A program made the position numbers and the translations under genes. A stretch of DNA of 64,000 nucleotides from an uncultured Candidatus Rokubacteria bacterium (GTDB lineage Bacteria > Methylomirabilota > Methylomirabilia > Rokubacteriales > CSP1-6). The notes beneath the pieces are model-generated. The model made no database searches and had not been told where the DNA came from. It saw only the letters and a program-made list of their open reading frames with translations. Of the stretch, positions 50,746-60,503 are shown piece by piece. Within the stretch, counting starts at the first letter, position 1, and every line of letters begins with the position of its first letter. The stretch is from contig CAVWFS010000018.1 of assembly GCA_963754315.1 (NCBI GenBank), positions 832,001-896,000 on the forward strand, read 5' to 3'.

Positions 50746-53335
50746 AACTCCCTTCGCAGCCACGCCGATGATGCGGCAGTACCACGAGCTGAAAGGGCGC
50801 TACCCGGATTTCATGCTGCTCTTTCGGCTCGGTGATTTCTACGAGATGTTCTTCGAGGACGCCCAGCGTGGAGCGCGCCTGCTGCAGATCGCCCTCACCT
50901 CCCGCCAAGGGGCGCCCATGGCCGGAATCCCGCATCACGCCGCCGAGGGCTATATCGGACGGCTGGTGAAGGCCGGCCAGAAGATCGCCGTGTGCGAGCA
51001 GCTGGAGGTTCCGGGCAAGGGCAAGAAGCTGCTACGCCGCGACGTCGTGCGGGTCATCACCCCGGGGACGATCACGGACACCGCCTACCTGCCGAGCGCC
51101 GCCAACAACTTCCTGCTAGCCGTCGTGCCCGGGGCCGAGGCCGACCGGCGCCGGGTACGCGGCGCCGCTCTCCTGGACGTGTCGACGGGGGACTTCTGGA
51201 CGGGGGAGGATACCGGGGAGGAGGATGGTGTCCTCGCGGCCGCCCTGCTGCGGCGGCCCGCGGAGATTCTCCTGCCGGAACCGGTGCGTCAGTCCAACCC
51301 TCATCTCCTGGCGCGACTCGAGGCGGTGGGGGCCGCGCTGACGTTTTGCGGTTCACCGGTGCCCCCGCCTCGCCAGGCGGCCGAAGCGCTTCGCACGCAG
51401 TTCGGGCCCACGTCGCTCGACGCCTTCGGGCTGGCCGGGATGACAGCGGGCCTCCAGGCCGCCTCGGTGGCCCTGGATTACGCGCGATCGACGCAGGGGG
51501 CCTCCTCGCTTGCTCATCTCACCCGGGTGCAGCGGCTAGCACCGGCCGACGCCGTGGCGCTGGACGAGACGGCCGTGCGCACCTTGGAGCTTCTGGAGAG
51601 CGCCAGCGGCAGTGCCCGCTCCTCGCTGCTCGAGGTGCTGGACGTCACCGTGACCCCGATGGGCGCCCGTCTGTTGCGCCAGTGGCTACTCCGGCCGCTC
51701 GTCGATCCGACCGCGATCGAAGCCCGTCAGGCTGGCGTGAGCGCGCTCGTCGAGGACCCGGCCGTCCGCGCTGCTCTCCGCCGCACTCTCGGTGGTCTCG
51801 GCGACCTCGAGCGCCTGACCAGCCGGGCCACCCTCGGCACTGCTCACGCCCGAGATCTGGTCGGACTGCGGGCTTCGCTGGCTGTGCTCCCGGCCGTGCG
51901 CGAGGCGGTACCCAACGCGTCGGTACCGTGCCTGGCGGATGCCCTCGCGCAGATCAATCTTCTGACGCCACTTCGGCAGATGCTGGAGGCGGCGCTCGTG
52001 GATGACCCACCGCTCGTCCTCCACGACGGCGGTCTCATCCGCGAGGGCTGGAGTGACGCCCTGCTCGCCATCGTGGAGGATGCCCGCGAGGCACGGGCAT
52101 GGATCGCCGGCCTCGAGGAACGCGAGCGTGTGCGCACGGGCCTGACAGGGCTTCGCGTGCGCTTCAACCGTGTGTTCGGGTATGGCATCGAGGTTACGCG
52201 AGCCCAGGCCGAGCGTGTGCCGGAACACTACGTGCGCCGGCAGACGTTGACGACCGGCGAGCGGTTCGTCACCCAGGATCTCAAGGAATACGAGGCCAAG
52301 GTCCTCGGCGCCGACGCACGGCAGCGTCGGCTCGAGTACGAGCTGTTCGAGGAGATCCGGCGGCAAGTGGCCAGGGAGTCAGCGGCCCTGCTCGCCACCG
52401 CACGGGCGCTCGCTCTCCTCGACGTGATGTCCGCCCTGGCGGAGGTCGCCCACGTCCGCGGCCACACCCGGCCGTTCGTGGATCGCAGTGATACCCTGCT
52501 GATCGTCGACGGCCGCCACCCGGTCCTGGAGGCGCGCGGGGAAGGACCCGTCACTCCCAACGATCTGTCCCTCGACGAGGGCACGCGGATCATGATCCTG
52601 ACCGGGCCCAATATGGCGGGCAAGTCCGTCTACCTTCGTCAGACGGGGCATATCGTGCTCATGGCTCAAATCGGCGCTTTCGTGCCGGCGCGCGAGGCCC
52701 GCATCGGCGTGATCGACCGGCTGTTCACGCGGGTCGGTGCCCAGGACAATCTCGCCCGCGGGCAGAGCACGTTCCTGGTGGAGATGGTAGAGACGGCGAC
52801 CATCCTGCACAACGTGACGCCGCGCAGCCTTGTTCTCCTCGACGAGGTCGGACGAGGTACGTCCACCTTCGATGGGCTGGCCATCGCGTGGGCGGTGGTA
52901 GAGGCTCTCCACGATCGCGCCCCTGGCCCCAAGGTGCTCTGCGCTACCCACTTCCACGAGCTGACCCGGCTGGCCGACCAGCGGCCCGGCGTGCGGAACT
53001 TTCACGTCGCGGTGCGCGAGTGGAACGACGAGATCGTCTTCCTCCACAAGGTCCGTCCAGGCGGGACGGATCGCAGCTACGGCGTCCAAGTCGCGCGGCT
53101 GGCGGGGCTTCCGGCCTCTGTGATCGTGCGCGCGCGGGCACTCCTGGCCGAGTTCGAGCGCGAACGCGAACGGCGGCTCGACACGGGCGATGCCGCCCAG
53201 CTTGGGCTCTTCGCGCCCACCGAGCATCCATTTGCCGCGGAGCTGGCCGCTCTGGATCTTGCTCACGTCACACCCATCGAGGCGCTCAACCTGCTGGCCA
53301 AATGGCAGGAGCGTGCACGGCCGGCGCGCCCATGA
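50738..53335 (+). CDS. mutS: DNA mismatch repair protein MutS
   Basis: TPMMRQY, GDFYEMF, TGPNMAGKS, STFLVEM, DEVGRGTST, THFHEL; C-terminal clamp-like motif QLGLF. Confidence 0.97.
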   Translation: MPETPFAATPMMRQYHELKGRYPDFMLLFRLGDFYEMFFEDAQRGARLLQIALTSRQGAPMAGIPHHAAEGYIGRLVKAGQKIAVCEQLEVPGKGKKLLRRDVVRVITPGTITDTAYLPSAANNFLLAVVPGAEADRRRVRGAALLDVSTGDFWTGEDTGEEDGVLAAALLRRPAEILLPEPVRQSNPHLLARLEAVGAALTFCGSPVPPPRQAAEALRTQFGPTSLDAFGLAGMTAGLQAASVALDYARSTQGASSLAHLTRVQRLAPADAVALDETAVRTLELLESASGSARSSLLEVLDVTVTPMGARLLRQWLLRPLVDPTAIEARQAGVSALVEDPAVRAALRRTLGGLGDLERLTSRATLGTAHARDLVGLRASLAVLPAVREAVPNASVPCLADALAQINLLTPLRQMLEAALVDDPPLVLHDGGLIREGWSDALLAIVEDAREARAWIAGLEERERVRTGLTGLRVRFNRVFGYGIEVTRAQAERVPEHYVRRQTLTTGERFVTQDLKEYEAKVLGADARQRRLEYELFEEIRRQVARESAALLATARALALLDVMSALAEVAHVRGHTRPFVDRSDTLLIVDGRHPVLEARGEGPVTPNDLSLDEGTRIMILTGPNMAGKSVYLRQTGHIVLMAQIGAFVPAREARIGVIDRLFTRVGAQDNLARGQSTFLVEMVETATILHNVTPRSLVLLDEVGRGTSTFDGLAIAWAVVEALHDRAPGPKVLCATHFHELTRLADQRPGVRNFHVAVREWNDEIVFLHKVRPGGTDRSYGVQVARLAGLPASVIVRARALLAEFERERERRLDTGDAAQLGLFAPTEHPFAAELAALDLAHVTPIEALNLLAKWQERARPARP

Positions 53336-55002
53336 TCCGCAAGCTGCCCGAGTCGCTCATCAACAGGATCGCGGCAGGGGAGGTCGTGGAACGCCCGGCG
53401 GCGGCCGTCAAGGAGTTGGTAGAGAACGCGCTCGATGCGGGTGCAGGCAGCATTAGCGTCGATTTGCGCGATGGTGGGAGCGCGCTCGTTCGCGTCACCG
53501 ACGACGGCAGCGGCATGACCGCGCACGAGCTCCCGCTGGCTCTTGAGCGCCACGCGACGTCCAAGCTTGCGCGCGACGAGGACCTCGCCGCCATCGCCAC
53601 CCTCGGGTTCCGGGGCGAGGCTTTGCCGGCCATTTGCGCGGTGTCCCGCTTCACCATCACCAGCCGCGCCCGCGGCGCGGCGGAGGGGCTGCGCGTGGCG
53701 GGGGAGGGCGGAGTGATCACGCAGCGACTGCCGGTCCCCGCCGAACCGGGGACCTCGGTCGAGGTGCGTGATCTTTTCTTCAACACGCCGGCCCGCCTCA
53801 AGTTTCTCAAGAGCGCGGCGGCCGAGACTGCGGCGAGCCTGCGCACGTTGAGCGCGCTGGCGGCAGCGCACCCGCGGGTGCAGGTTCGGGTGGCTCACAA
53901 CGGCCGGCCAGCCATCACGGCGCCGCACGCCGTCGACCAGCGCGCGCGGCTGGCGGCGCTATGGGGGTGGGAGGTTGCCACGCGTTTGCTCGTCGTCGAG
54001 CGCGCCGAGCATGGCGTCCTGGTAGAGGGGCTGGTGGCGCCCCCCGATCTCGTCCGTGGAAATCGCGACGATGTCCTGCTCGTGGTCAACGGACGTCCCG
54101 TGCGGGACCCCGCCCTCGTGCAAGCGATCCTCGAGGCGTATCGGCCCCTGCTGGCCCGTGACCGCTACCCACTGGCGGCCATCCACCTGCGTCTGGATCC
54201 TGCGGATGTCGACGTCAACGTGCACCCGACCAAGGCCGTCGTCCGCTTCCGTCACCCGCGCCTGCTGAACGAGATGCTGGTGACGGCCATCCGGGAAGCC
54301 CTGGGTCGGAGCGAGGTCGTACCCGCAGCGCGCACAACGTCGCCTGCGCCCGATGTCTCGCTCGGCATGAGCGCGGCGGTACCGCCGGCGCAGACGGGGC
54401 TCTTCGCGGAGGAGATGGCCCCCTACACGCCCGCTCTCTTCGGGCGTGTGCTCGGGCAAGTGCAGGATACGTTCATCGTGTCGACCTCCGAGCGTGAGGT
54501 TTTCTTTCTCGACCAGCACGTGGCCGAGGAGCGTGTGATCTTCGACCGGTTGCAGGCTGACCTGCGTCGAGGCCCGCTCGCCTCGCAGACCTTGCTGTTC
54601 GCCGACCCCTTGAATATCAGTCCGGCGGCCCAGGCCCTGTTGGACCGGTGGCGCGAATCGCTGGAGCGACTGGGCTTTGCCTTCACGGAGGAGGGTGGAG
54701 GTCTGGCGCTGACGGCGGTGCCAACGCTTCTGAAGGCCGAAGACCCCGCGCGGCTGATCGAGGCGGCGGCCGACGACCTCGGCGGAGCCCGCGTGGGCGC
54801 GCCTGCGCTCGATCGCGCGCTCGCCTTCGTGGCCTGCCGAGCTGCCGTGAAGGCCGAGACGCGGCTGAGCCGAGAGGAAATGGAGCGCATCGTGAGTGAC
54901 CTGGCGCTGACCACGTCGCCCTACTTCTGCCCTCACGGCCGGCCCATCGTGAGTCGCGTCTCCCTGAGCGAGATCCGCAGGGAGCTTCGCCGTACGTGGT
55001 GA
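53332..55002 (+). CDS. mutL: DNA mismatch repair protein MutL (endonuclease type)
   Basis: IAAGEVVERP, KELVENALDAG, HATSK, GFRGEAL, DVNVHPTK, DQH, ACR, CPHGRP. Confidence 0.96.
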   Translation: MIRKLPESLINRIAAGEVVERPAAAVKELVENALDAGAGSISVDLRDGGSALVRVTDDGSGMTAHELPLALERHATSKLARDEDLAAIATLGFRGEALPAICAVSRFTITSRARGAAEGLRVAGEGGVITQRLPVPAEPGTSVEVRDLFFNTPARLKFLKSAAAETAASLRTLSALAAAHPRVQVRVAHNGRPAITAPHAVDQRARLAALWGWEVATRLLVVERAEHGVLVEGLVAPPDLVRGNRDDVLLVVNGRPVRDPALVQAILEAYRPLLARDRYPLAAIHLRLDPADVDVNVHPTKAVVRFRHPRLLNEMLVTAIREALGRSEVVPAARTTSPAPDVSLGMSAAVPPAQTGLFAEEMAPYTPALFGRVLGQVQDTFIVSTSEREVFFLDQHVAEERVIFDRLQADLRRGPLASQTLLFADPLNISPAAQALLDRWRESLERLGFAFTEEGGGLALTAVPTLLKAEDPARLIEAAADDLGGARVGAPALDRALAFVACRAAVKAETRLSREEMERIVSDLALTTSPYFCPHGRPIVSRVSLSEIRRELRRTW

Positions 55003-55916
55003 CCGGCACGGCACCACTCGTTGTCATCGCGGGGCCGACCGGAGTCGGCAAGACTGCCACGGCCGTGGCTCTCGCCAGTCGCCTTCCCATCGAGGTGATC
55101 AGCGCCGACTCGCGCCAGGTCTATCGCGGCCTCGACCTTGCCACCGGCAAGCCCACCGCGGCGGAGCGGGCTCTCGTCAGGCATCACCTCATCGATATCG
55201 TGGACCCGTCCGATCGCTATCACGCCGCGCGCTTTCGCGGCGACGCCCTGAGTGCCGTTGAGGCGATCCGCTCCCGCGGCCGACTGCCGGTGCTCGTCGG
55301 CGGGACCGGGTTCTACATCCGGGCCCTTCTCCGGGGTCTCGATCCCGCTCCCCCCGCCGATCCCCAGTTCCGTGCGGCGTTGGCAGCCGTGGCCAAGCGG
55401 GGCAGGCCGGGGGCCTTGCACGATCGGCTCCGGCGGGAGGCGCCGGCGTTGGCCGAGCGGCTGCACCCGAACGACTCCGTTCGCATCATTCGGGCCCTTG
55501 AGCTCGCCCGCGCCGGGCCCGTGCGGATGCAGGCGTGGGGCCGCCCCACGCCGGACTTTCCCGTGCTGTACATCGGGCTGACAATGGACAGAGCCCGACT
55601 GGTGCCCAGGCTGCGCGCCCGCTGTTCGGCCATGGTGGCGGCTGGGCTCGCGGCCGAGGTCGAGCAGTTGCTTGCGCGCGGGTATGACGAGACGTTGCCC
55701 GCGCTGCAAGGCATCGGCTATCGGGACTTCGTGGGGGTGGTACGGGGCGGCGGGAGCCCGAGCGCGGCGCTCTCGACCATGCAGCGCGACACGCTTCGCT
55801 ACGCGAAGCGGCAGCTGACGTGGTTTCGGCGAGAGCCCGACATCGAGTGGGTCGACGTGGAAGGCGAGGGTGGGCCCTCGGGGGTGGCCGCCCTCGTGGA
55901 GGAGCGCTTGACGTGA
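54999..55916 (+). CDS. miaA: tRNA dimethylallyltransferase
   Basis: [37 protein letters not shown]. Confidence 0.96.
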   Translation: MTGTAPLVVIAGPTGVGKTATAVALASRLPIEVISADSRQVYRGLDLATGKPTAAERALVRHHLIDIVDPSDRYHAARFRGDALSAVEAIRSRGRLPVLVGGTGFYIRALLRGLDPAPPADPQFRAALAAVAKRGRPGALHDRLRREAPALAERLHPNDSVRIIRALELARAGPVRMQAWGRPTPDFPVLYIGLTMDRARLVPRLRARCSAMVAAGLAAEVEQLLARGYDETLPALQGIGYRDFVGVVRGGGSPSAALSTMQRDTLRYAKRQLTWFRREPDIEWVDVEGEGGPSGVAALVEERLT

Positions 55917-57178
55917 AGGGGCACAGCAACGGCCGGCGTCCGGAAGGGGTCATCATCGGAGGATTGCGGTTCGGAGGGGCGCGCCGCTGGCAGATCGACG
56001 AGTCGCTCGATGAGCTGTCCGCCCTGGTCCAGGCGGCAGGGGGGGTGGTCGTCGAGCGGGTCGTTCAGGAGCGGATGGCGCCGTCGCCCGCGCTCTACTT
56101 CGGCAAGGGCAAGGCGGCCGAGATCGGCGAAATCGCCCGGCAGCGCCGGGCCGATCTGTTTGTGTCCGACGACGCTCTCTCGCCCGTACAGGAGAGAAAC
56201 CTCACGCAGGCTCTCGGCATCAAGGTCATCGACCGGACGGCTTTGATTCTCGACATCTTTGCGCAGCGGGCGCGTACGAGCGAAGGCAAGCTCCAAGTCG
56301 AGCTGGCTCAGCTCACCTATCTCATGCCGCGTCTGGTCGGGCAGTGGAAGCATCTGGAGCGGTTGGGGGGCGGCATCGGGACGCGGGGACCGGGTGAGAC
56401 GCAGCTCGAGTCGGACCGTCGCGTCATCCGCGCACGGGTGCGGCAGATCACGCACGACCTCGAACGGGTGAAAGTCCACCGGCGCGTGCAGCGCGGGGGG
56501 CGGCAGCGAGCCGGATGGCCCGTGGTCGCCCTGGTCGGCTACACCAATGCTGGAAAGACCACTCTCCTCAATCGACTGACCGGAGCGTCCTTGACCGCTG
56601 CCGATCAGCTGTTCGTCACGCTCGATCCGGTGGCACGGTTGGTGAACGGCGATGGCCGATCGCCATTCGTGTTAACCGACACAGTAGGATTCATTCGCAA
56701 GCTCCCACACGAGCTGGTGGCGGCTTTTCGGGCCACGCTGGAGGAGCTGGCCGAGGCGGACGTGCTGCTGCACGTGGTTGATGCCAGCCACCCACAGTTC
56801 GAAGAGCACCTGACCGCGGTGGAGACCCTGCTGGAGGAGCTCCAGGTACTGGAGCGTCCACGCCTTCTCGTGCTGAACAAGCTCGACCGCCTGGAGGATC
56901 CGGTCATGGCGGATGGGCTGGTACGCCTCCGAGGGGGCGTGGCTGTATCGGCACGCACGGGAGAAGGTGTGCCAGAGCTCCTCCAGGCCATCGGCGCGCT
57001 CCTGCCGCGCCGGAACGAGCCCGTGACCCTCCGCATCCCGCACTCCGAGGGGGCTGCCCTTGCTTTCTGTTACACGCGGGGCCGGGTCCTCACCCGCGCT
57101 GACGAGCCGCAGCACGTCCGCGTGCAAGTAGAACTGCCCGGCGACCTCCTCGGCCCTCTCGGTACGTACCGAGTGTGA
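55913..57178 (+). CDS. hflX: GTPase HflX
   Basis: LILDIFAQRA, QVELAQL, RGPGETQLE, GYTNAGKT, TDTVGFI, NKLD. Confidence 0.96.
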   Translation: MKGHSNGRRPEGVIIGGLRFGGARRWQIDESLDELSALVQAAGGVVVERVVQERMAPSPALYFGKGKAAEIGEIARQRRADLFVSDDALSPVQERNLTQALGIKVIDRTALILDIFAQRARTSEGKLQVELAQLTYLMPRLVGQWKHLERLGGGIGTRGPGETQLESDRRVIRARVRQITHDLERVKVHRRVQRGGRQRAGWPVVALVGYTNAGKTTLLNRLTGASLTAADQLFVTLDPVARLVNGDGRSPFVLTDTVGFIRKLPHELVAAFRATLEELAEADVLLHVVDASHPQFEEHLTAVETLLEELQVLERPRLLVLNKLDRLEDPVMADGLVRLRGGVAVSARTGEGVPELLQAIGALLPRRNEPVTLRIPHSEGAALAFCYTRGRVLTRADEPQHVRVQVELPGDLLGPLGTYRV

Positions 57179-57212
57179 GGGGCGAGAGGCGGGTCGGCTG
57201 TGCGGACGGCGA

Positions 57213-57221
57213 TGCTAGACT
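57213..57221 (+). promoter_or_regulatory. Putative extended -10 promoter of pgsA
   Basis: TGCTAGACT ending 11 nt before ATG 57233; no SD. Confidence 0.4.
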
Positions 57222-57232
57222 GAGTGACTCCT

Positions 57233-57814
57233 ATGGGACTTGCCAACTGGCTCACCGTTCTGCGTATTGTCCTGATTCCCCTCTTCGTGCTCCTACTGCT
57301 GTACAAGCGCCCGGGTCTGGCGCTCGTCGTGTTTGCCTCGGCTGCCCTCACGGACCTGCTCGATGGTTACGTCGCGCGACGGCGGGGAAGCCAGACCCGA
57401 CTCGGTGCCTTCCTCGACCCGATGGCCGACAAGCTTCTGCTCACGGCCGCTTTCGTAACCTTGACCCATCTGAGGGTTCTTCCCGCTTGGATTACGGTCG
57501 TCGTGATCAGTCGCGACGTCATCCTCATGATGGGCGCGCTTCTCATTCACATGTTGGGCGGACGTATCTATCCGCGACCGACCTGGGCCGGCAAGGCCGC
57601 CACCTTTTTCCAGATCCTGGCCGTGCTGGCCGGCATGATGGCGCGCTACTTCCGTCCCTGGGGTCCGAACGCCCTGGTGCTGAGCTCGTTCGTGTGGCTG
57701 GCGGCGATCTTCACGATCGTCTCCGGACTGCAGTACCTCGTGCAAGGCATGCGGTACCTCAGCGCCACCGACGCGGCCCGAGAGGAAACCAGTGAGAGCG
57801 TGTTCTTCCGCTGA
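57233..57814 (+). CDS. pgsA: CDP-alcohol phosphatidyltransferase (PgsA family)
   Basis: ANWLTVLR, TDLLDGYVAR...LGAFLDPMADK signature; ATG 57233 (alternative GTG 57224). Confidence 0.88.
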   Translation: MGLANWLTVLRIVLIPLFVLLLLYKRPGLALVVFASAALTDLLDGYVARRRGSQTRLGAFLDPMADKLLLTAAFVTLTHLRVLPAWITVVVISRDVILMMGALLIHMLGGRIYPRPTWAGKAATFFQILAVLAGMMARYFRPWGPNALVLSSFVWLAAIFTIVSGLQYLVQGMRYLSATDAAREETSESVFFR

Positions 57815-59114
57815 CGGGGTCGTGGTGGCCTCTGTTCGCCGCCGATCCCCCGCGGCGGTGGCGGGCCTCGCGGCGGGTGACCGCCTCCTCGCCATCAACG
57901 GCCAGCCCCTGCGGGACGTCATCGACTTTCAGTTCCACGCCGGCGAGGAGATCCTAGAGGTAGAGCTGGAGCGCGCGACGGTACGCACGTCGCTGACCCT
58001 GATCCGAAAGGGCCACGACATCGGCCTCGAGCTCGAAGCCCCCCGCCCCGGTGAGATCGCCACCTGCGCCAACAAATGTGTCTTCTGCTTCATTCACCAG
58101 CTTCCCAAGGGAATGCGACGCAGCCTCTACGTAAAGGACGACGACTTCCGGCTGTCGTTCCTGCACGGCAACTACATCACGCTCAGCGATCTGGACGAGG
58201 AGGCCTTCGCTCGGATCATCGCGCAGCGCCTGTCGCCGCTCTACATCTCGGTGCATGCTACGGATCCAGCGCTACGCCACGCCTTGCTTGGGCGGCCGCG
58301 TCACTCCGCCGAGATCCTTCCCCGTCTCGAGCGACTGAGCAAGGCGGGTATCCGGCTGCACGCTCAGATCGTCCTCTGCCCGGACTGGAACGATGGCGAG
58401 CACCTGGAGCGTACGGTCTTCGATCTGGCTCCTCTCTCGCCCCAGGTGGCCACCACGGCCGTCGTCCCCGTGGGCTTGACCCGCCACCGAGAGCGCCTGC
58501 CCGCCCTGCGCCGGCTACGGGACGAGGAGGCGCGGGCGCTTGTGGCCACCGTTGCCCGTTGGCAGGAGCGCTTTCTCGCGGCACTTGGCACCCGCTTCGT
58601 GTTCCTCTCAGACGAGGTGTATCTGCAGGCTGGTGTTGAGGTGCCTCTCGCCGCCGACTACGAAGGCTTCCCGGTGGCCGAGGATGGGGTGGGCCTGGTG
58701 CGACGCTTCGAGGATGGGTTTCGGCGCGCGGCAGCGCGACGTCGGAACGGTCGGCCCTCGTCACCGGTCACTGCGGTGACTGGTGCGATGTACGCGCCTC
58801 GGCTGGGTCGCTTGCTGGCCGGACTCGAACCCCGCGGGGTGCAGGCACGCGTGGTGGGGGTGCCCAACGATTTCTTCGGCCATGACATTGCGGTGGCAGG
58901 ACTCCTCACGGGGGGAGACATCCGGCGTCATCTCGGATCCCGGGCCGATCTCGGGGCGTCGATCCTCGTGCCCGCGTCGGCCGTCCGCGACGGCGAGAAC
59001 GTCTTCCTGGACGACCTCACTCCGCGCGACCTCTCACGCGATCTTGGGGTGCCGGTACGAATCATCGAGCCGACCGCAGAAGCGCTGGTGCGCGTCCTGC
59101 TCGGGACGGCATGA
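57792..59114 (+). CDS. DUF512 protein: PDZ-like N-terminus plus radical-SAM-type Fe-S domain
   Basis: SPAAVAGLAAGDRLLAING, CANKCVFC, LYVKDDDFRLSFLHGNYITL, VPVGLTRHR, GLLTGGD, FLDD. Confidence 0.88.
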   Translation: MRACSSADGVVVASVRRRSPAAVAGLAAGDRLLAINGQPLRDVIDFQFHAGEEILEVELERATVRTSLTLIRKGHDIGLELEAPRPGEIATCANKCVFCFIHQLPKGMRRSLYVKDDDFRLSFLHGNYITLSDLDEEAFARIIAQRLSPLYISVHATDPALRHALLGRPRHSAEILPRLERLSKAGIRLHAQIVLCPDWNDGEHLERTVFDLAPLSPQVATTAVVPVGLTRHRERLPALRRLRDEEARALVATVARWQERFLAALGTRFVFLSDEVYLQAGVEVPLAADYEGFPVAEDGVGLVRRFEDGFRRAAARRRNGRPSSPVTAVTGAMYAPRLGRLLAGLEPRGVQARVVGVPNDFFGHDIAVAGLLTGGDIRRHLGSRADLGASILVPASAVRDGENVFLDDLTPRDLSRDLGVPVRIIEPTAEALVRVLLGTA

Positions 59115-60488
59115 CACCCCGCCCGCTGATTGCCATCGTCGGCCGGCCGAACGTCGGCAAGTCGACCCTGTTCAACCGCCTGGTGGGAAGGCGGTCGTCG
59201 ATCGTGCGCGACATTCCCGGCGTGACGCGTGACCGACTTTACGGACGCGTGAGTCTGGGAACGTGGAACGCCACCGTGATCGATACCGGCGGATTCGACC
59301 CGAGCTCGGAGGAGTCTCTGATCGAGGGCGTGCGACGTCAGGTGCTGGCCGCCGTGGAGGAATCAGATCTCGTGCTGTTCGTCGTCGATACGCGGGCCGG
59401 TGTCACTGCTCTCGACGAGGAGCTTGCCCGGACCCTGCGCCGGTGTCGTCGGCCCGTGCTGCTGGTGGCCAACAAAGTCGACGGTGGAGGCATGGAGAGC
59501 GGGCTGGCCGAGCTCTATCGTCTCGGCTTCGGTGATCCGTTGCCCGTCTCGAGTGAACACGGGCGCGGAGTCGCCGAGATGCTTGAGGTCGTACGCGCGC
59601 GAGTTCCGGCGGAGCCCTCGACACCGTCCCACGAGGGCGGTGCCCGTCCAGATCGCAGTCATCGGACGTCCCAACGTCGGCAAATCGTCACTGGTGAACG
59701 CCGTGGTTGGCGGCGACCGTGTGCTCGTCGACGCCGCCCCCGGCACGACCCGCGACGCCGTCGACACGGCGTTCGTCTACGAGGGACGACCGTACGTTCT
59801 GGTCGACACCGCCGGTATCCGCCGCAAGGGACGAGTGACGGAAGTTCTGGAAAAGCTTGCAGTGGTCATGGCCCGCAAAAGCCTCGAGCGCTGCCAGGTC
59901 GCGCTCCTCGTTCTCGACGCATCCACGGGCGTTGCCGCCCAGGACGCGCACCTGGCCGGCTATGCTGATGCCGCGGGCCGGGCCACCGTCGTCGTGGTCA
60001 ACAAGTGGGATCTGGTCCCCGCGGGCATGGTCCGCAAAGCGGAGGTGATCGAGCAGATCCGCGATCGGCTCCCGTTTCTCGACTACGCGCCGATCTGTTT
60101 CACCTCGGCCCTGCACGGGAAAGGGATAGCCGACCTCTTCGAGACGATCGACATGGTCGCGGCCGAGGCTGGCCGCCGCCTCCCGGGTGCAGAGGTACTG
60201 GCCACGCTCCGTCAGGCCCTCGAGCGGCGCCCAGTATCGGTGGCGGGTGGTCCTCTGACCCTCCAGTCGGTTTCCCAGATCGCGGTGCGACCTCCGAGCT
60301 TCGCCCTTCGCGTGAGTCGGCCCTCTGGTATTCACTTCTCCTATGAGCGGTATCTGGTGAAGTCCCTGCGGCGCGCGTTTGGTCTGACAGGATCGCCGAT
60401 TCGCCTGTCGTTCCGACAAGGTGCCCCGGCCCGTTCTCGGGTTCGGTCCACGAAGCGCCGAGGGGTCGGCGGCAATCTCCCACGTTGA
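59111..60488 (+). CDS. der: Ribosome biogenesis GTPase Der/EngA (one apparent +1 frameshift at about 59636)
   Basis: GD1 GRPNVGKS/GVTRD/DTGG/NKVD in 59111 frame; GD2 GRPNVGKS/GTTRD/DTAG/NKWD and KH-like end in the +1 frame. Confidence 0.93.
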
Positions 60489-60503
60489 CGTGAAGCCTCA
60501 GCC

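Noticed and set aside
59640..59968. Arg-rich tail of the 285-aa der ORF and N-terminal extension of ORF 59400
   Set aside because: Both are out-of-frame products of the single indel
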